From the IMG/VR virus record IMGVR_UViG_3300042987_002221, positions 1 to 64,000 of that record: a stretch of DNA of 64,000 nt; one strand, written 5' to 3'. The notes beneath the pieces were generated by a model. It saw nothing but the letters and a program-made list of their open reading frames with translations. It made no database searches and was not told the DNA's origin. This stretch comes from an uncultured virus (IMG/VR IMGVR_UViG_3300042987_002221) (taxonomy: Duplodnaviria > Heunggongvirae > Uroviricota > Caudoviricetes). The translations under genes were made by a program, and so were the position numbers. This document shows, in pieces, positions 1 to 11,286 of the stretch (position 1 is its first letter; the number at the start of each line of letters is the position of its first letter).

Positions 1-3000
1 CAATAGTTGGAACAAGATTCTCAAGCACTACTTTTGATTTTACTGACGATGAAAATCAGGATAATGACACTATTTTTGATAACAATGCAACACAATTTAT
101 AGATCAATATCCAAATGCAGGTGCAGTCTACATGTTTGATTATGTAAGTAATTACAATGAAAACATAAATGATCCTGGAAAATACATTTATGCACAAAGT
201 GTTAATTCAAATGATCAAACATATGGAAGTCAGCCTAAATATGGAACTGCACTTGACTTCAACAACTTTAACGTATTGATCGGAACACCAGATCAAGATG
301 ATGGTATCGTAACCGTCTATACTAATAGCACACGTTTATCAGATTGGCAAGTTTACAGACAGTCAAGCAAAGTTGTTGATATTGAAAAGATTGCAAACAT
401 CCAATTGTTTAGTGCTGAAACCAATAACACATTAGTTAATATGGATTATATTGATCCATTACAAGGAAAAATTCTTGGTGCGGCTAGACAAAATATCGAC
501 TTTATTAGTAACGCTGATCCAGCTGGATACAACTCTGGATCTAATGTTAATGGTAAGTTAGTTTGGGGTGCAACTCAAGTCGGACAAATATGGTTCAACA
601 CTTCAAATGTAAGATTCGTAAACTATCATCAAAACAATGATATTGCATACAATAGTGAATATTGGGCCACTTTATTCCCAGGTAGTGATGTAGCAGTTTA
701 TTCATGGATATCAAGTGATGTGTTGCCTATAAACTACACAGGTCCTGGAACAGTTTATGATTTTGATAGTTATTCAACTCAGTTCATAATAAATGATCAA
801 GGAACACTTACCCCAGTATATTTCTATTGGGTAAGAAATTCTAACATTATCTTCATAAATCAAGGTAAAACATTAGCAGATAGTATTATTGAACGTTATA
901 TAGCTTCCCCTAAGTTTTCTGGTATAAGCTATTTTGCTCCATTGTTACCTGATGTGTTTGCACTTTACAATTCAGGACCATATATCAATGCATCTGATAC
1001 TTTATTGAATATAGGATTTGCAACTGGAAATAGTGATGATTTGACTCACAATCAATATGATTTGATAAGATCAAATTATGCTGATGACTTTTTACCAGGC
1101 GTACCAGACACAGTAGATGGTGTTCCTATCTCATTGTATGACAGATTGTTAGATAGTTTTGCAGGTTTGGATGAAGAAGGAGAAAATGTACCTGATATTA
1201 ATTTACCTAAACTAGTTCAAACTGGTATACTTGTAAGACCCAGACAAAGCTTTTTCTACAATAGGTTATTGGCATTAAAAAATTATATTCAGTATACCAA
1301 CACAGTTTTATTACAGTTCCCAATAACTGAACTTAAGCAGTTTAGTTTATTGTTCACTGAGGGTGCGATCAATCCTTCAACAGTAGATAATCCAGAATGG
1401 CAAGGTGGTCCTTTACCATTCTATCGTACACAAGATTACTGGGAATATGCAAATTGGTGGGCAACTGGATACAGTAATAATACTAAAGCTGCATATCAGG
1501 TAACTTACTATGCTGATTTGTCAACATTAACTGTTCCTTTTGGCACAATCGTAAATGTCACACAAAACAATACAGTAGGTGTAGAGACATATATCTACAC
1601 AGAAGTAGGTTGGATAAGAATTGGATTGCAGAATGGAACTATACAATTTAGTTCTTTACTGTATGATTACAGTGCAGGAAAGATTGGATTCGGTGATAAT
1701 TTCTTTGATGCAACACCATTTGATTCTTTCCCATCACAAGAAACAAGAAATATCATTCGTGCGATCAACGAACAAATTTTCACTGATGAATTTTCTATCT
1801 TTAGAAACAAGAGTTTGATTTTACTTTTTGAGTATATTCAAAGTGAAACATTAGAAAATCAAAATTACTTGCCTTGGTTAAATAAAACTTCTCTTGTTGA
1901 TGTTTTCCATACAATCAGAGAACTTAGACCTATACAAAATTTACAAAATGACAATGATCAATTTTTGGAAGGATATATCAGAGAAGCTAAACCTTATCAC
2001 GTAGTTATTAAAGAATTCACATTTAGATACACAGGTACAGATGTATATGAAGGTAACATAACTGATTTTGATTTACCTGCACAATATAATACCTCTGTTG
2101 ATAACTTTGTTTCACCACAATTAGTTTACTCAAATCCTGATAATGTTTATACATATTCTACTACCAGTGATATTTGGAATGATCAAAACTATAATCAATG
2201 GTTTAGTAACAGAGGATTAAGTCTGTCTAGATATGAAAATGTTCCAATAACATATCTTAGTTCATATCTTGCACTGAATACAACTTCAATGTCGGTTAAA
2301 AACATTAACAGTTTTCCTGTAACGGGAACTGTAGTTATTGGTAACGAAATTATTCAGTACAATAATATTGACAGAGAATTGGGACTACTAACTGAACTAG
2401 TGAGAGGAGTAGATGGTACAGCTATTGAAACTCACATTCCAGGGGATCAAATTTATATTAACTTACCTGAAGTATTAGTAATGGAATCAGGTAGAAATTA
2501 TGTTGAAGTTCCTGATGTTTATGCATTGATAGACACTACTGTATTTCCTCCCCCAATAAAACCAGCGTTATTGCAAGCAATAATGAATAATGGTAGGGTA
2601 ATAGGTGTAGAAGTAATAGATCCTGGAAAAGGATATATGACTATTCCAGAAATAATAATTGAACCTTCAGTTACTTTAGGGTTTTCAACTACAAATGTGT
2701 CATTTGCTAATGATGATATTGCCTTCACAAGCTCAATTGATCTGGAAATTAATACATTACAGACAGGTGATTTGGTACAATATAAAGTTGTTTCTGGAAC
2801 AAATATTGGCAATTTGATAGATGGTCAATGGTATTACGTTAATGTTTTACAAATTACCCCAAATCTGAAAATAGGTTTATACAACAACATACATGATTGC
2901 TATAACAATTTCAACAGAATAGATTTGTTGAATTTAGGTACAGGTGAATATCAGTTATGTATGGGTGCGAAGGCTATTTCAGTTGTTACCTCTAGACCAA

Positions 3001-6000
3001 CAAGAGAAAACAAAACTACTATCAAGTTTGACAGAACAAGTTATACAAGTCAAGTTACTAATTGGGAACCGGGTGGTTTCTACAGCGCACCCTTTGCGGA
3101 AACATTCCTATCAAGTTCAACGATTCAATTAGAAAGTGTTGATCCTCCGATTTCTAATATACTTGCAAGTTTCAATGGTTCAGTTTTTTCTATTAATAGT
3201 GTTGAAAATAATGAACAAATTACGTATAGTTCATTTTTACGTAGTGCATTGAGTACCTCATCATCTACCGACAGTATTATATTAGATGTAAGTTCTACTT
3301 TTGAGAATGGTTCTGGTTCAACAGTTGGCTTTTTCATTGGAATGCCTATACAATTCAGCGGTGCAATGATAGGTGGGTTAAGTTCAACTACTACCTACTA
3401 TGTACATAGTATTTTAGGATTAGATGAATTTACTGTTTCTACAATTGCAGGCGGTGATCCTTTAGGTAGTCCATTAGCACTTACTACTGCAACTGCTTCT
3501 TCGCCTTTGTATGTAAGTACCGGGCAGATCATAAATACTGCGGTTGTCTCAGTTAATTTTCCAAATATCAGAAATATTAATGCAACTACTGCTTTAACTA
3601 ATACCATAACAGTTCCTTATACTTTAGTTGGTACTGCTGGTACAAATGGTTTTTACACAAACTTACCAATATTCTTTACTGGAACTGAGTTTGGTGGAAT
3701 CAAATCAAATCAAACCTATTATGTTACTACTGTAATTGATGGTGAAAACTTTACAATGTCAGAAACAAAGGACCCAAATATATTTACCTTAGTTTCAACT
3801 GATGGTGCAAGTGACACAGTGACACTTGAAGAAACTACTGACACATTAGAAATTAATGAACCTATTATATTTACAGAATTGCAAATTGCAGGTTCATTAG
3901 TAACTAATTTTGGTGGAATCGTTGCAGGAACAACATACTATGTAATAGAGATAGTAAACACAACTCAGATTAAACTTGCAACTTCAGTTAATGGATCAGT
4001 TGTAAATTTAACTACTGTTGCAAGTGCAACAAACACAACTGGAAAAATGACCAGCCAAATTAACACTGTTGAGCTTACCTCTGCTTCAGGTAGTATGTTA
4101 TTGAACATGGATTCCCCAGTGAGTTCCGGACAACTGAACGGTCAAAGAGTTACATTCTATACAACTTCTAGTCAATATGTTGGAATAAATCCAACGAGTG
4201 AAACTTTAATTGAAGCAAGTATTAGATTAGTAAAAAATGTCACCACACTTACTGGTGGCATCGTTGTTTTGAATCCTACCAATCAATATTTTGACGATGC
4301 TACTGATAATTTTTATGTAAATATGCCAGTTGAATTTTCAGTTAACATAGGAAGTTTGACCGCTGCAACACAATATTATGTTGTTACAATAGACACCATT
4401 GAAATCACAGTTACTCAAACAATAGCAGTTACTAATATATTAGTATGCGATACCACTGATTTAATGTATGTAAATATGCCAATAAAATTTTCAGGATTTT
4501 CTGGAATTGGTGGAGTAGATTTAAATGAGATTTATTTTGTAAAAACAATTGTTAATGGGACACAATTTACTATATCAACCACTGAAGGGGGATCAACTTT
4601 GGTTGTCGCTAATGGCACAGGAACTATGGTAGGAACTGGAACTTCCTACGTTCAGGTTTCAACAACTAAAAGCGGAACACCTGCAACTACTGGAAATGAT
4701 AGTGTAACAGTTAGTGAATTAATTCAAACACCTACAACAGCACCAGAATTCAGTGTTAGCTATATTGCAGGTGGTTATAGAGTTGTAATTACTAATCCAG
4801 GTGAAGGATATGCAAATAATAACACATTGGTTATTACAGGCAATTTGATTGGTGGAACTACTCCTACTAATGACTTAACACTTACCGTTATTGATATAGA
4901 TACTGACGGAGAAATATTAAAGGTAATATGCCAAGGAAATCCTAACGATACAACAAATAGCTACTATTTAAAAGCTATAAATCAAACTGAATTTATGTTA
5001 TATGAAGATAACATGTTTACGATTCCGGTGAGTGGATTGACCTTACCGTATTCTGGAATAGTTTCTACAACAGTCGCTTCAATTTCAAGTCCAAACATAA
5101 CACTTACATCAGGAACTAATTTTTCAGTAAATGACATGGTAGTATTTACCGGTGATATAACTGGCGGTAACATTACTATTGGTGAAACATATTACATTTT
5201 AACCAAAGCAACTAATACTATAACAATAAGTACAGTACCGGGCGGGACAACATTTGCCGTAGGTTCTCCGTCAAATCAATCATTATCAATGGCTAAGATA
5301 GGATCAGTATTTGTTATAACTTCACCTTATGAATTCAAACAAAGTATAGTCAAATTTAATAACAGACTTTATGTTTGTATTGTAGGTAACAATGATGATG
5401 AATTTATTTCTTCAAAATGGCAACTTATACAATCTGATGATGTAAGATTAAATGCATTAGACAGAATAATGGGTTATTACTCACCAACTGCAAATATGCC
5501 TGGTTTGAATTTAACACAGTTGGTAAATGGAATAGCTTTCCCATACTTAACTTTATTGAATAATGCGTTTGAACCCTCACAACAGTTTGCATTAGATAGT
5601 GAAATAAGTGACAGAACGTTCACTAGTACCACTCCTACCGTATATGATTTTCAGGGCGCGACTTTTGCGTATGGTTATGGACCAGAAGAATTAGTTCCTG
5701 GCAATATTACTGATAGTTTAATGTTGCAAGTAAATACAACTCCTGGAACAGTATGGTCAGCAACAGAATATCAACATGTTGGGTACAATGTTGTATCTGT
5801 CGAACTTTCACCGGAATCAGGAACTCAAGTTGAATATTCTTTTAATAATGTTGTGCAGGTTCCTGCACAAATTAGTGTTTATTTAGTAAATGGATCAACT
5901 AATTTAGCAGAAAGGTATTTCGATTCAAACTACACTGTTGATTGGGTAAACAAAAAAATTATTCTAAATTCTCCATTGACTTATTTACCAATAGCAGATA

Positions 6001-8255
6001 GATTAATTGTTAATGTGTATGAAGTCGGAAACGGAAATCAGGTTGTAAAATCCTGCACTGACATTAACCCTATCATTACTAATGAAGATTCTGGTGATAG
6101 TGAAATTTATTTGGATTACTTATATTACAGTATAATTGATTTTACACTACAAACAGTTTACACTGATCCGATAGTTTATCATAACGGATCACAATTGGTT
6201 TATGGAGTTGATTATACCATTGAACAAATAGTTCCAGGAGACCTAAACAATTTAGCAAAACTAGTTTTTACAAATTCTTATGATGTAGATACAGACTTTA
6301 TAAGTTATACAATTTTTGGTAGCTCGGGTGATGCAAGTGAATATGGATATACAGTTCCTGAATATCAAGAATTTACTGCTGATGGTATAGTTTCTACCTT
6401 TAGTTTAACTAATTTTGTTGGACAAGATAATCCAGACAATGCAATTGTTGAATTAAACGGTTTAAGATTACCAGACACAGACTATACCATTAATAGTATT
6501 ACTAATCAATTAACTGTATCAGCGACACTAAACAATGGGGATATTGTTGGAGTAACTTCGTACAACAACACAGAACGTCAATATTTGAATACAGAGTACA
6601 ACATTACAGGTAATTATGTTTACCAAATTCAAACTATTAACAATTCAATTACGCCATATACTGCTCAACAAAGTCCAACCGCGTCATCAGCAGTAACAAA
6701 TAAAATTTCATTTGGTAGTACAGCTGGAATGGCTGTAAATCAAACAATACAATTTTTGGGAACAGCATTTGGAAACGTATTGACTGATGGAACTGTTTAT
6801 TTCATATTAACAGTTGTAGGTAATGACATAACTATTTCTACATCTTTAGGTGGAAGTACTTTTGATCCAGGAACAGCGACACCTAGTGCTGTTGTTGCTG
6901 TTGTGGGAGGACAACCTGCGGTAAGAGTTACGTTTGCGACTGCTACTACATTTGCGGAAAATGATAGAATTAGAATTGACGGAGTCGTTGGATCAGTTCA
7001 ACTTAACAATAACTTGTATTATGTAAAGAAGATAACATCTTCTATCTTTGATTTGTACAATACTGCATACAATTCAGGAATCAATGCAATAAATGATCCA
7101 GTACTTTCAGTGTCAACTTATATAAGTGGTGGCTTTGGATGGTTAAGAGATAATTTCTTGTTACCATCAGCGGCAAACGCAACAGCTACTACTGCAAGTA
7201 CAAACATAATAACTGTTAATGATACTAGTAAACTAGTGGTAGATACTCCGGTGTATTTTACTCAAATGATAATTTCTAGTAATCCAGTAACAACATTTGG
7301 AAACATCTCTGATGGACAGGAATATTATGTAAGAGAAATAGTAAGCGGAACTCAATTTACAATTTCAACAACAAGAGGCGGAGACGAACTAAGTCTTAGT
7401 AATGCAACCGGAACCATGAATGTCACGCAATGGGAGCAAACTAATACTGATAGATTATGGGTAACATTGAATGGTTATAAAGTTTCTACTAATTTATTAA
7501 AAATAAACAATGTAAATGAGTTAAGTATTTTAACTTCAATAACTAACACCGATACTGTAATCATCACAAGTATGATGCCATCAGCAACCCCAAATCAAGA
7601 AAAATTCTTCATCAATGTAAATGCTTTAAATCAACCTTTAGTTTATAGACAAAACCCTTCAACTGTAACTTGGTTAACTGAAGATTTTAAATTTACTGAT
7701 GAAACTATATATGTAAACGACGTTTTAAAGTTAGTAACTATAACAACTCAAGTTGAAACTAATATTTCCGCAGTTTCAGGGGAATATTTTATTGGATTAA
7801 CTGCTGATAAAAACATAATAAATAGTGTAACTGTTTATAACGAAAATACAAGTTCATATATAAGTTCTTCTTATTACACTATTGAAGTTATTGATTTAGT
7901 TCCAACGTTAATAATTGAAGCTGACCCACTGGTAATAAATGATGGACAAACATTGACAATAACAATTACAGAAGGTGATACTATCTTTATTAATGGGGAA
8001 CAAATAGGATTTACCACTATTAATGTTGCGGCAAATACTATAACAGGTCTATCAAGAGGAATAAACACAACCGGTACTCAAAATTTGATACCTAAATATA
8101 CCAAAGTTTATGGCTTGTTAAATACTAATAAAATGCCAGAAAATTATTACGATTTAGAATGGAACTCTTATTTTTATAACAGCACAGAAGGTGATCCGTT
8201 GCAAATTAGTACAACAGATAGTGCTATTTTCTTAAGGATCGATTCAAATGAATGA
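1..8255 (+). CDS. Giant virion structural protein (baseplate wedge/tail-associated), 5'-truncated, >2750 aa
   Basis: The frame of the 132..8255 ORF is open back to nt 3, so the true start lies upstream of the window. T/S/N/G-rich, with about 9 copies of a G(G/N)xxxxxxY(Y/F)(V/I) beta-domain repeat; heads a structural gene block. Confidence 0.7.
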   Translation, partial: IVGTRFSSTTFDFTDDENQDNDTIFDNNATQFIDQYPNAGAVYMFDYVSNYNENINDPGKYIYAQSVNSNDQTYGSQPKYGTALDFNNFNVLIGTPDQDDGIVTVYTNSTRLSDWQVYRQSSKVVDIEKIANIQLFSAETNNTLVNMDYIDPLQGKILGAARQNIDFISNADPAGYNSGSNVNGKLVWGATQVGQIWFNTSNVRFVNYHQNNDIAYNSEYWATLFPGSDVAVYSWISSDVLPINYTGPGTVYDFDSYSTQFIINDQGTLTPVYFYWVRNSNIIFINQGKTLADSIIERYIASPKFSGISYFAPLLPDVFALYNSGPYINASDTLLNIGFATGNSDDLTHNQYDLIRSNYADDFLPGVPDTVDGVPISLYDRLLDSFAGLDEEGENVPDINLPKLVQTGILVRPRQSFFYNRLLALKNYIQYTNTVLLQFPITELKQFSLLFTEGAINPSTVDNPEWQGGPLPFYRTQDYWEYANWWATGYSNNTKAAYQVTYYADLSTLTVPFGTIVNVTQNNTVGVETYIYTEVGWIRIGLQNGTIQFSSLLYDYSAGKIGFGDNFFDATPFDSFPSQETRNIIRAINEQIFTDEFSIFRNKSLILLFEYIQSETLENQNYLPWLNKTSLVDVFHTIRELRPIQNLQNDNDQFLEGYIREAKPYHVVIKEFTFRYTGTDVYEGNITDFDLPAQYNTSVDNFVSPQLVYSNPDNVYTYSTTSDIWNDQNYNQWFSNRGLSLSRYENVPITYLSSYLALNTTSMSVKNINSFPVTGTVVIGNEIIQYNNIDRELGLLTELVRGVDGTAIETHIPGDQIYINLPEVLVMESGRNYVEVPDVYALIDTTVFPPPIKPALLQAIMNNGRVIGVEVIDPGKGYMTIPEIIIEPSVTLGFSTTNVSFANDDIAFTSSIDLEINTLQTGDLVQYKVVSGTNIGNLIDGQWYYVNVLQITPNLKIGLYNNIHDCYNNFNRIDLLNLGTGEYQLCMGAKAISVVTSRPTRENKTTIKFDRTSYTSQVTNWEPGGFYSAPFAETFLSSSTIQLESVDPPISNILASFNGSVFSINSVENNEQITYSSFLRSALSTSSSTDSIILDVSSTFENGSGSTVGFFIGMPIQFSGAMIGGLSSTTTYYVHSILGLDEFTVSTIAGGDPLGSPLALTTATASSPLYVSTGQIINTAVVSVNFPNIRNINATTALTNTITVPYTLVGTAGTNGFYTNLPIFFTGTEFGGIKSNQTYYVTTVIDGENFTMSETKDPNIFTLVSTDGASDTVTLEETTDTLEINEPIIFTELQIAGSLVTNFGGIVAGTTYYVIEIVNTTQIKLATSVNGSVVNLTTVASATNTTGKMTSQINTVELTSASGSMLLNMDSPVSSGQLNGQRVTFYTTSSQYVGINPTSETLIEASIRLVKNVTTLTGGIVVLNPTNQYFDDATDNFYVNMPVEFSVNIGSLTAATQYYVVTIDTIEITVTQTIAVTNILVCDTTDLMYVNMPIKFSGFSGIGGVDLNEIYFVKTIVNGTQFTISTTEGGSTLVVANGTGTMVGTGTSYVQVSTTKSGTPATTGNDSVTVSELIQTPTTAPEFSVSYIAGGYRVVITNPGEGYANNNTLVITGNLIGGTTPTNDLTLTVIDIDTDGEILKVICQGNPNDTTNSYYLKAINQTEFMLYEDNMFTIPVSGLTLPYSGIVSTTVASISSPNITLTSGTNFSVNDMVVFTGDITGGNITIGETYYILTKATNTITISTVPGGTTFAVGSPSNQSLSMAKIGSVFVITSPYEFKQSIVKFNNRLYVCIVGNNDDEFISSKWQLIQSDDVRLNALDRIMGYYSPTANMPGLNLTQLVNGIAFPYLTLLNNAFEPSQQFALDSEISDRTFTSTTPTVYDFQGATFAYGYGPEELVPGNITDSLMLQVNTTPGTVWSATEYQHVGYNVVSVELSPESGTQVEYSFNNVVQVPAQISVYLVNGSTNLAERYFDSNYTVDWVNKKIILNSPLTYLPIADRLIVNVYEVGNGNQVVKSCTDINPIITNEDSGDSEIYLDYLYYSIIDFTLQTVYTDPIVYHNGSQLVYGVDYTIEQIVPGDLNNLAKLVFTNSYDVDTDFISYTIFGSSGDASEYGYTVPEYQEFTADGIVSTFSLTNFVGQDNPDNAIVELNGLRLPDTDYTINSITNQLTVSATLNNGDIVGVTSYNNTERQYLNTEYNITGNYVYQIQTINNSITPYTAQQSPTASSAVTNKISFGSTAGMAVNQTIQFLGTAFGNVLTDGTVYFILTVVGNDITISTSLGGSTFDPGTATPSAVVAVVGGQPAVRVTFATATTFAENDRIRIDGVVGSVQLNNNLYYVKKITSSIFDLYNTAYNSGINAINDPVLSVSTYISGGFGWLRDNFLLPSAANATATTASTNIITVNDTSKLVVDTPVYFTQMIISSNPVTTFGNISDGQEYYVREIVSGTQFTISTTRGGDELSLSNATGTMNVTQWEQTNTDRLWVTLNGYKVSTNLLKINNVNELSILTSITNTDTVIITSMMPSATPNQEKFFINVNALNQPLVYRQNPSTVTWLTEDFKFTDETIYVNDVLKLVTITTQVETNISAVSGEYFIGLTADKNIINSVTVYNENTSSYISSSYYTIEVIDLVPTLIIEADPLVINDGQTLTITITEGDTIFINGEQIGFTTINVAANTITGLSRGINTTGTQNLIPKYTKVYGLLNTNKMPENYYDLEWNSYFYNSTEGDPLQISTTDSAIFLRIDSNE

Positions 8256-8261
8256 TAAATA
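8254..8261 (+). promoter_or_regulatory. T4-like late promoter motif (GATAAATA)
   Basis: NATAAATA 4 nt upstream of the ATG at 8266; the motif recurs before many genes in the window. Confidence 0.6.
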
Positions 8262-8265
8262 CATT

Positions 8266-8406
8266 ATGGAACAAAATAAAGTATTAAATACCAAACAGGA
8301 AAAAAACAAACCAAATGAGCAGGCGGGTTTTTATTTTTCTACTCATTTGAAGATTTTTGATCCTAAAACTCAAAAAGTATTAGTACAAAAAAGAGGCGAT
8401 AACTGA
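8266..8406 (+). CDS. Small 46-aa hypothetical protein, not in ORF track (MEQNKVLNTK...HLKIFDPKTQKVLVQKRGDN)
   Basis: Translated by hand. Fills the gap between genes, follows a late-promoter motif, and its TGA overlaps the next ATG (TGATG). Confidence 0.7.
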   Translation: MEQNKVLNTKQEKNKPNEQAGFYFSTHLKIFDPKTQKVLVQKRGDN

Positions 8407-9026
8407 TGTCAACAATTAATGTGTCATATAAAATTCAAGGATCAATAAAGATATTTGACCCCAACACCAGTGAAGTATTTGTTGAAAAAAACAATCAAAT
8501 AAACTATGAGAATATGTCTATTGCTATAGCAGATTCTTTGAGTAACAGAGGATATGGAACTATTTATCAAATGGCGTTTGGAAATGGTGGAGCATCCGTT
8601 GATAGCACTGGCGTCATAACCTATTTGCCACCTAATACTACTGGGCAGAATTCTGCTTTGTATAATCAAACATATCAAAAAGTAGTTGATGATACGAGTG
8701 TATTCAATTTAGACCCATCTAGAAACAAAATGATTGTTACACATACCGCAGGAAACTACTATACTGATATTTTAGTTCAGTGTTTACTAGATTACGGCGA
8801 ACCATTTGGTCAAGATGCATTTGATAATGGCACTTTGTATGATGGGCAATTTGTTTTTGATGAATTGGGGTTACAAGCTAGATATGGTACCGATGAAAAC
8901 GGACAAGTAATTACAAAATTGTTGACCCATGTGATTTTTCACCCGGTGCAGAAAAGTTTAAACAGACAAATTCAAATAGATTATACGGTTAGAATTCAAT
9001 CACTAACCAACATGATAACTATATAA
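8406..9026 (+). CDS. Putative baseplate/tail structural protein
   Basis: 206 aa in the structural operon; MAFGNGG and FDELGL motifs resemble baseplate-associated proteins. Confidence 0.5.
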   Translation: MSTINVSYKIQGSIKIFDPNTSEVFVEKNNQINYENMSIAIADSLSNRGYGTIYQMAFGNGGASVDSTGVITYLPPNTTGQNSALYNQTYQKVVDDTSVFNLDPSRNKMIVTHTAGNYYTDILVQCLLDYGEPFGQDAFDNGTLYDGQFVFDELGLQARYGTDENGQVITKLLTHVIFHPVQKSLNRQIQIDYTVRIQSLTNMITI

Positions 9027-9038
9027 TAGGATAGGAAA

Positions 9039-10277
9039 ATGGCATACACAATTGTTAAAAGTGACGGTACAGTATTAACAACTGTTCCAGATGGCACAAT
9101 TAATACTACAAGTACATCGTTAGGTTTACCTGGAAGAAATTATGCTGGGTATGGGCAATCAGTTGATACTAATTTTGTTAGAACATTAGAAAACTTTGCA
9201 GATACTGTTCCACCTGACAATCCAATACGAGGTCAGTTATGGTTTAATATCAACAATAATATAATGTATGTTTGTCCTAGTGATGGTGAAACTGATCCCA
9301 ATAATTGGCTTCAATTGACATCATCAATAGGAACGGGAACAACAACATTCGGTTCAGTTACTATAACTACTACTGCTGAGATTAATAGTTTGAGTGTTAT
9401 TAATGATATAAACTGTAGTGGAAATATGTTTGCATTAAATGCAACACTAACTGGAAATATAACTGCTTCAAATGCTATTATTACTACTGCAAATTTAAGT
9501 ACTGTGAATACTACCGTTATTGATGCAGGATCTTCAACTACCGGCGGAGTACTTACTGGAACTTGGACAGTAGTAGGAAATGGTACTGCAAATAGTATTT
9601 CAGGTACTGCATTCTATTCTAACATAGGTAATATTGTTGTTAAGGGTCCAGGGTCTATTGGCATAGTTTCCGATTACTTCTATTATAGCAATGGTTCACC
9701 GATAAGTTTTGCAGGTTCTTATGGAAATAGCAACGTTTCAGCATATTTACCAACATATGCAGGAACAATAGGTGACGGATCAGCAACAGCGACTTTTAAT
9801 GGAAGAGTAATTAATACTGGTGCAAATACGACAGCAGGTAATATAACTGGTAATTGGACTTTAACAGCAGGTAGTAGATTACAAGCAACTTATGCTGACC
9901 TTGCTGAAAGATTTGAAGCTGACGAAATTTATGAGCCCGGAACCGTTGTAGAATTGGGCGGATTAAAAGAAATTACTATGGTTAAATCCGAATTAAGTGA
10001 AGATGTTTTCGGCGTAGTAAGTAATACTGCTGCTTATCTAATGAATGCAGGTGCCGGAGACGACAATACACATCCCCCAATTGCTGTTAGCGGAAGAGTA
10101 CATGTTAAGGTAAAGGGAACAGTTAAAAAAGGTGACCGACTTGTCAGCGCTGGCAATGGATTGGCTAGATCAGCTAAACAGGGTGAAGCAACAGCATTTA
10201 ATACTTTAGGAAGGTCATTGGCTGACAAAGGCTCAATTGATGTGGGTATGGTCGAAGCCATAGTTGTAATTAAGTAA
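9039..10277 (+). CDS. Tail fibre/spike-like protein with C-terminal intramolecular chaperone (Peptidase_G2/IMC-like) domain
   Basis: T/N/G-rich body; C-terminal YADLAERFEAD..YEPGTVV...GVVS...A(V)SGRV.VKV.G.VKKGD.LVS motif. Confidence 0.65.
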   Translation: MAYTIVKSDGTVLTTVPDGTINTTSTSLGLPGRNYAGYGQSVDTNFVRTLENFADTVPPDNPIRGQLWFNINNNIMYVCPSDGETDPNNWLQLTSSIGTGTTTFGSVTITTTAEINSLSVINDINCSGNMFALNATLTGNITASNAIITTANLSTVNTTVIDAGSSTTGGVLTGTWTVVGNGTANSISGTAFYSNIGNIVVKGPGSIGIVSDYFYYSNGSPISFAGSYGNSNVSAYLPTYAGTIGDGSATATFNGRVINTGANTTAGNITGNWTLTAGSRLQATYADLAERFEADEIYEPGTVVELGGLKEITMVKSELSEDVFGVVSNTAAYLMNAGAGDDNTHPPIAVSGRVHVKVKGTVKKGDRLVSAGNGLARSAKQGEATAFNTLGRSLADKGSIDVGMVEAIVVIK

Positions 10278-10286
10278 AGGTTTAAG

Positions 10287-11237
10287 ATGAGCTACGCACA
10301 ATTTGGATTAGTAGAAGCTAGCGACTTCAATAATTTAGCTGGTGGAAATCCAGTTACCAGTAGTGGTAAAATCAATACTGTATGGGCTACAGGAGGTGGT
10401 TCAGCGGGATATGGTCAAACTCCAGTGGGTAATGTTACAGTTGGAACCAGTGTTGCAGCAAGCAATTGGGCTTCAATTGTAAACAATACTACAAATGCAG
10501 CAGCACATCAAGGCTCTAGTATTACAAGTGTCACCGCTCCTTCTGCGGGAAATGTCATTACTTTTAATTCTGCTATTTCATCTAATTTAACTACTATCTA
10601 TAATAATCGATTAAATGCTATTTCACAGGGTTCAATTACGGTAAACACTGCAACATATGGTTCAACTTGGTCATCTGCACTAACGTTTACACATACTGTA
10701 ACTTTTGCTTCAGGAGATGCAGCAAGATACTTTTTTAATGCCGGAGGACAACTTTCTCTCCAATGCCAACATCCTTCTGGATCAGGAATCGACTTAACAT
10801 TAACTGGGTTAGCAGCTAATATAGGTACAATTTATTTAAGCGCGCCCTCATCAGGTACGGTAACTATTGCATCAACACCTTATGATGGAATAACTAAAAT
10901 AGGAGGAGGACTTCCTGCGCCTACTATTAGTAGCAATAATGGGTATTATGCATTGACTTCTGCAAATGCAAACGTGTTCACGCAAACCGCGGCACAAGGA
11001 CCAAGTCCATATTTAGGAACATTTATTCGTGTAATAGTAAAAAGTAATGGAACACAAGGATCAAACGGTGATGCTGGTAATATAATTACAATTTATACTG
11101 TTTGGGATGAAGTTCCTGATGGATTTACTGCAAGTGCAGGTTCAACTACTACATTGGCTATAAGACCACCGTCAACTACATACATTGCTAACACCTGGGG
11201 AGCTATAACGCTTTCAGGCACCGTATCAGGGTCATAA
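10287..11237 (+). CDS. Virion structural protein (fibre-like)
   Basis: 316 aa, G/S/T/A-rich, few charged residues, in the structural operon. Confidence 0.55.
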   Translation: MSYAQFGLVEASDFNNLAGGNPVTSSGKINTVWATGGGSAGYGQTPVGNVTVGTSVAASNWASIVNNTTNAAAHQGSSITSVTAPSAGNVITFNSAISSNLTTIYNNRLNAISQGSITVNTATYGSTWSSALTFTHTVTFASGDAARYFFNAGGQLSLQCQHPSGSGIDLTLTGLAANIGTIYLSAPSSGTVTIASTPYDGITKIGGGLPAPTISSNNGYYALTSANANVFTQTAAQGPSPYLGTFIRVIVKSNGTQGSNGDAGNIITIYTVWDEVPDGFTASAGSTTTLAIRPPSTTYIANTWGAITLSGTVSGS

Positions 11238-11286
11238 TTTTTTCTATTTCGAGAAGACATCTAAATATTTCAAAGGAAGTATTTAG

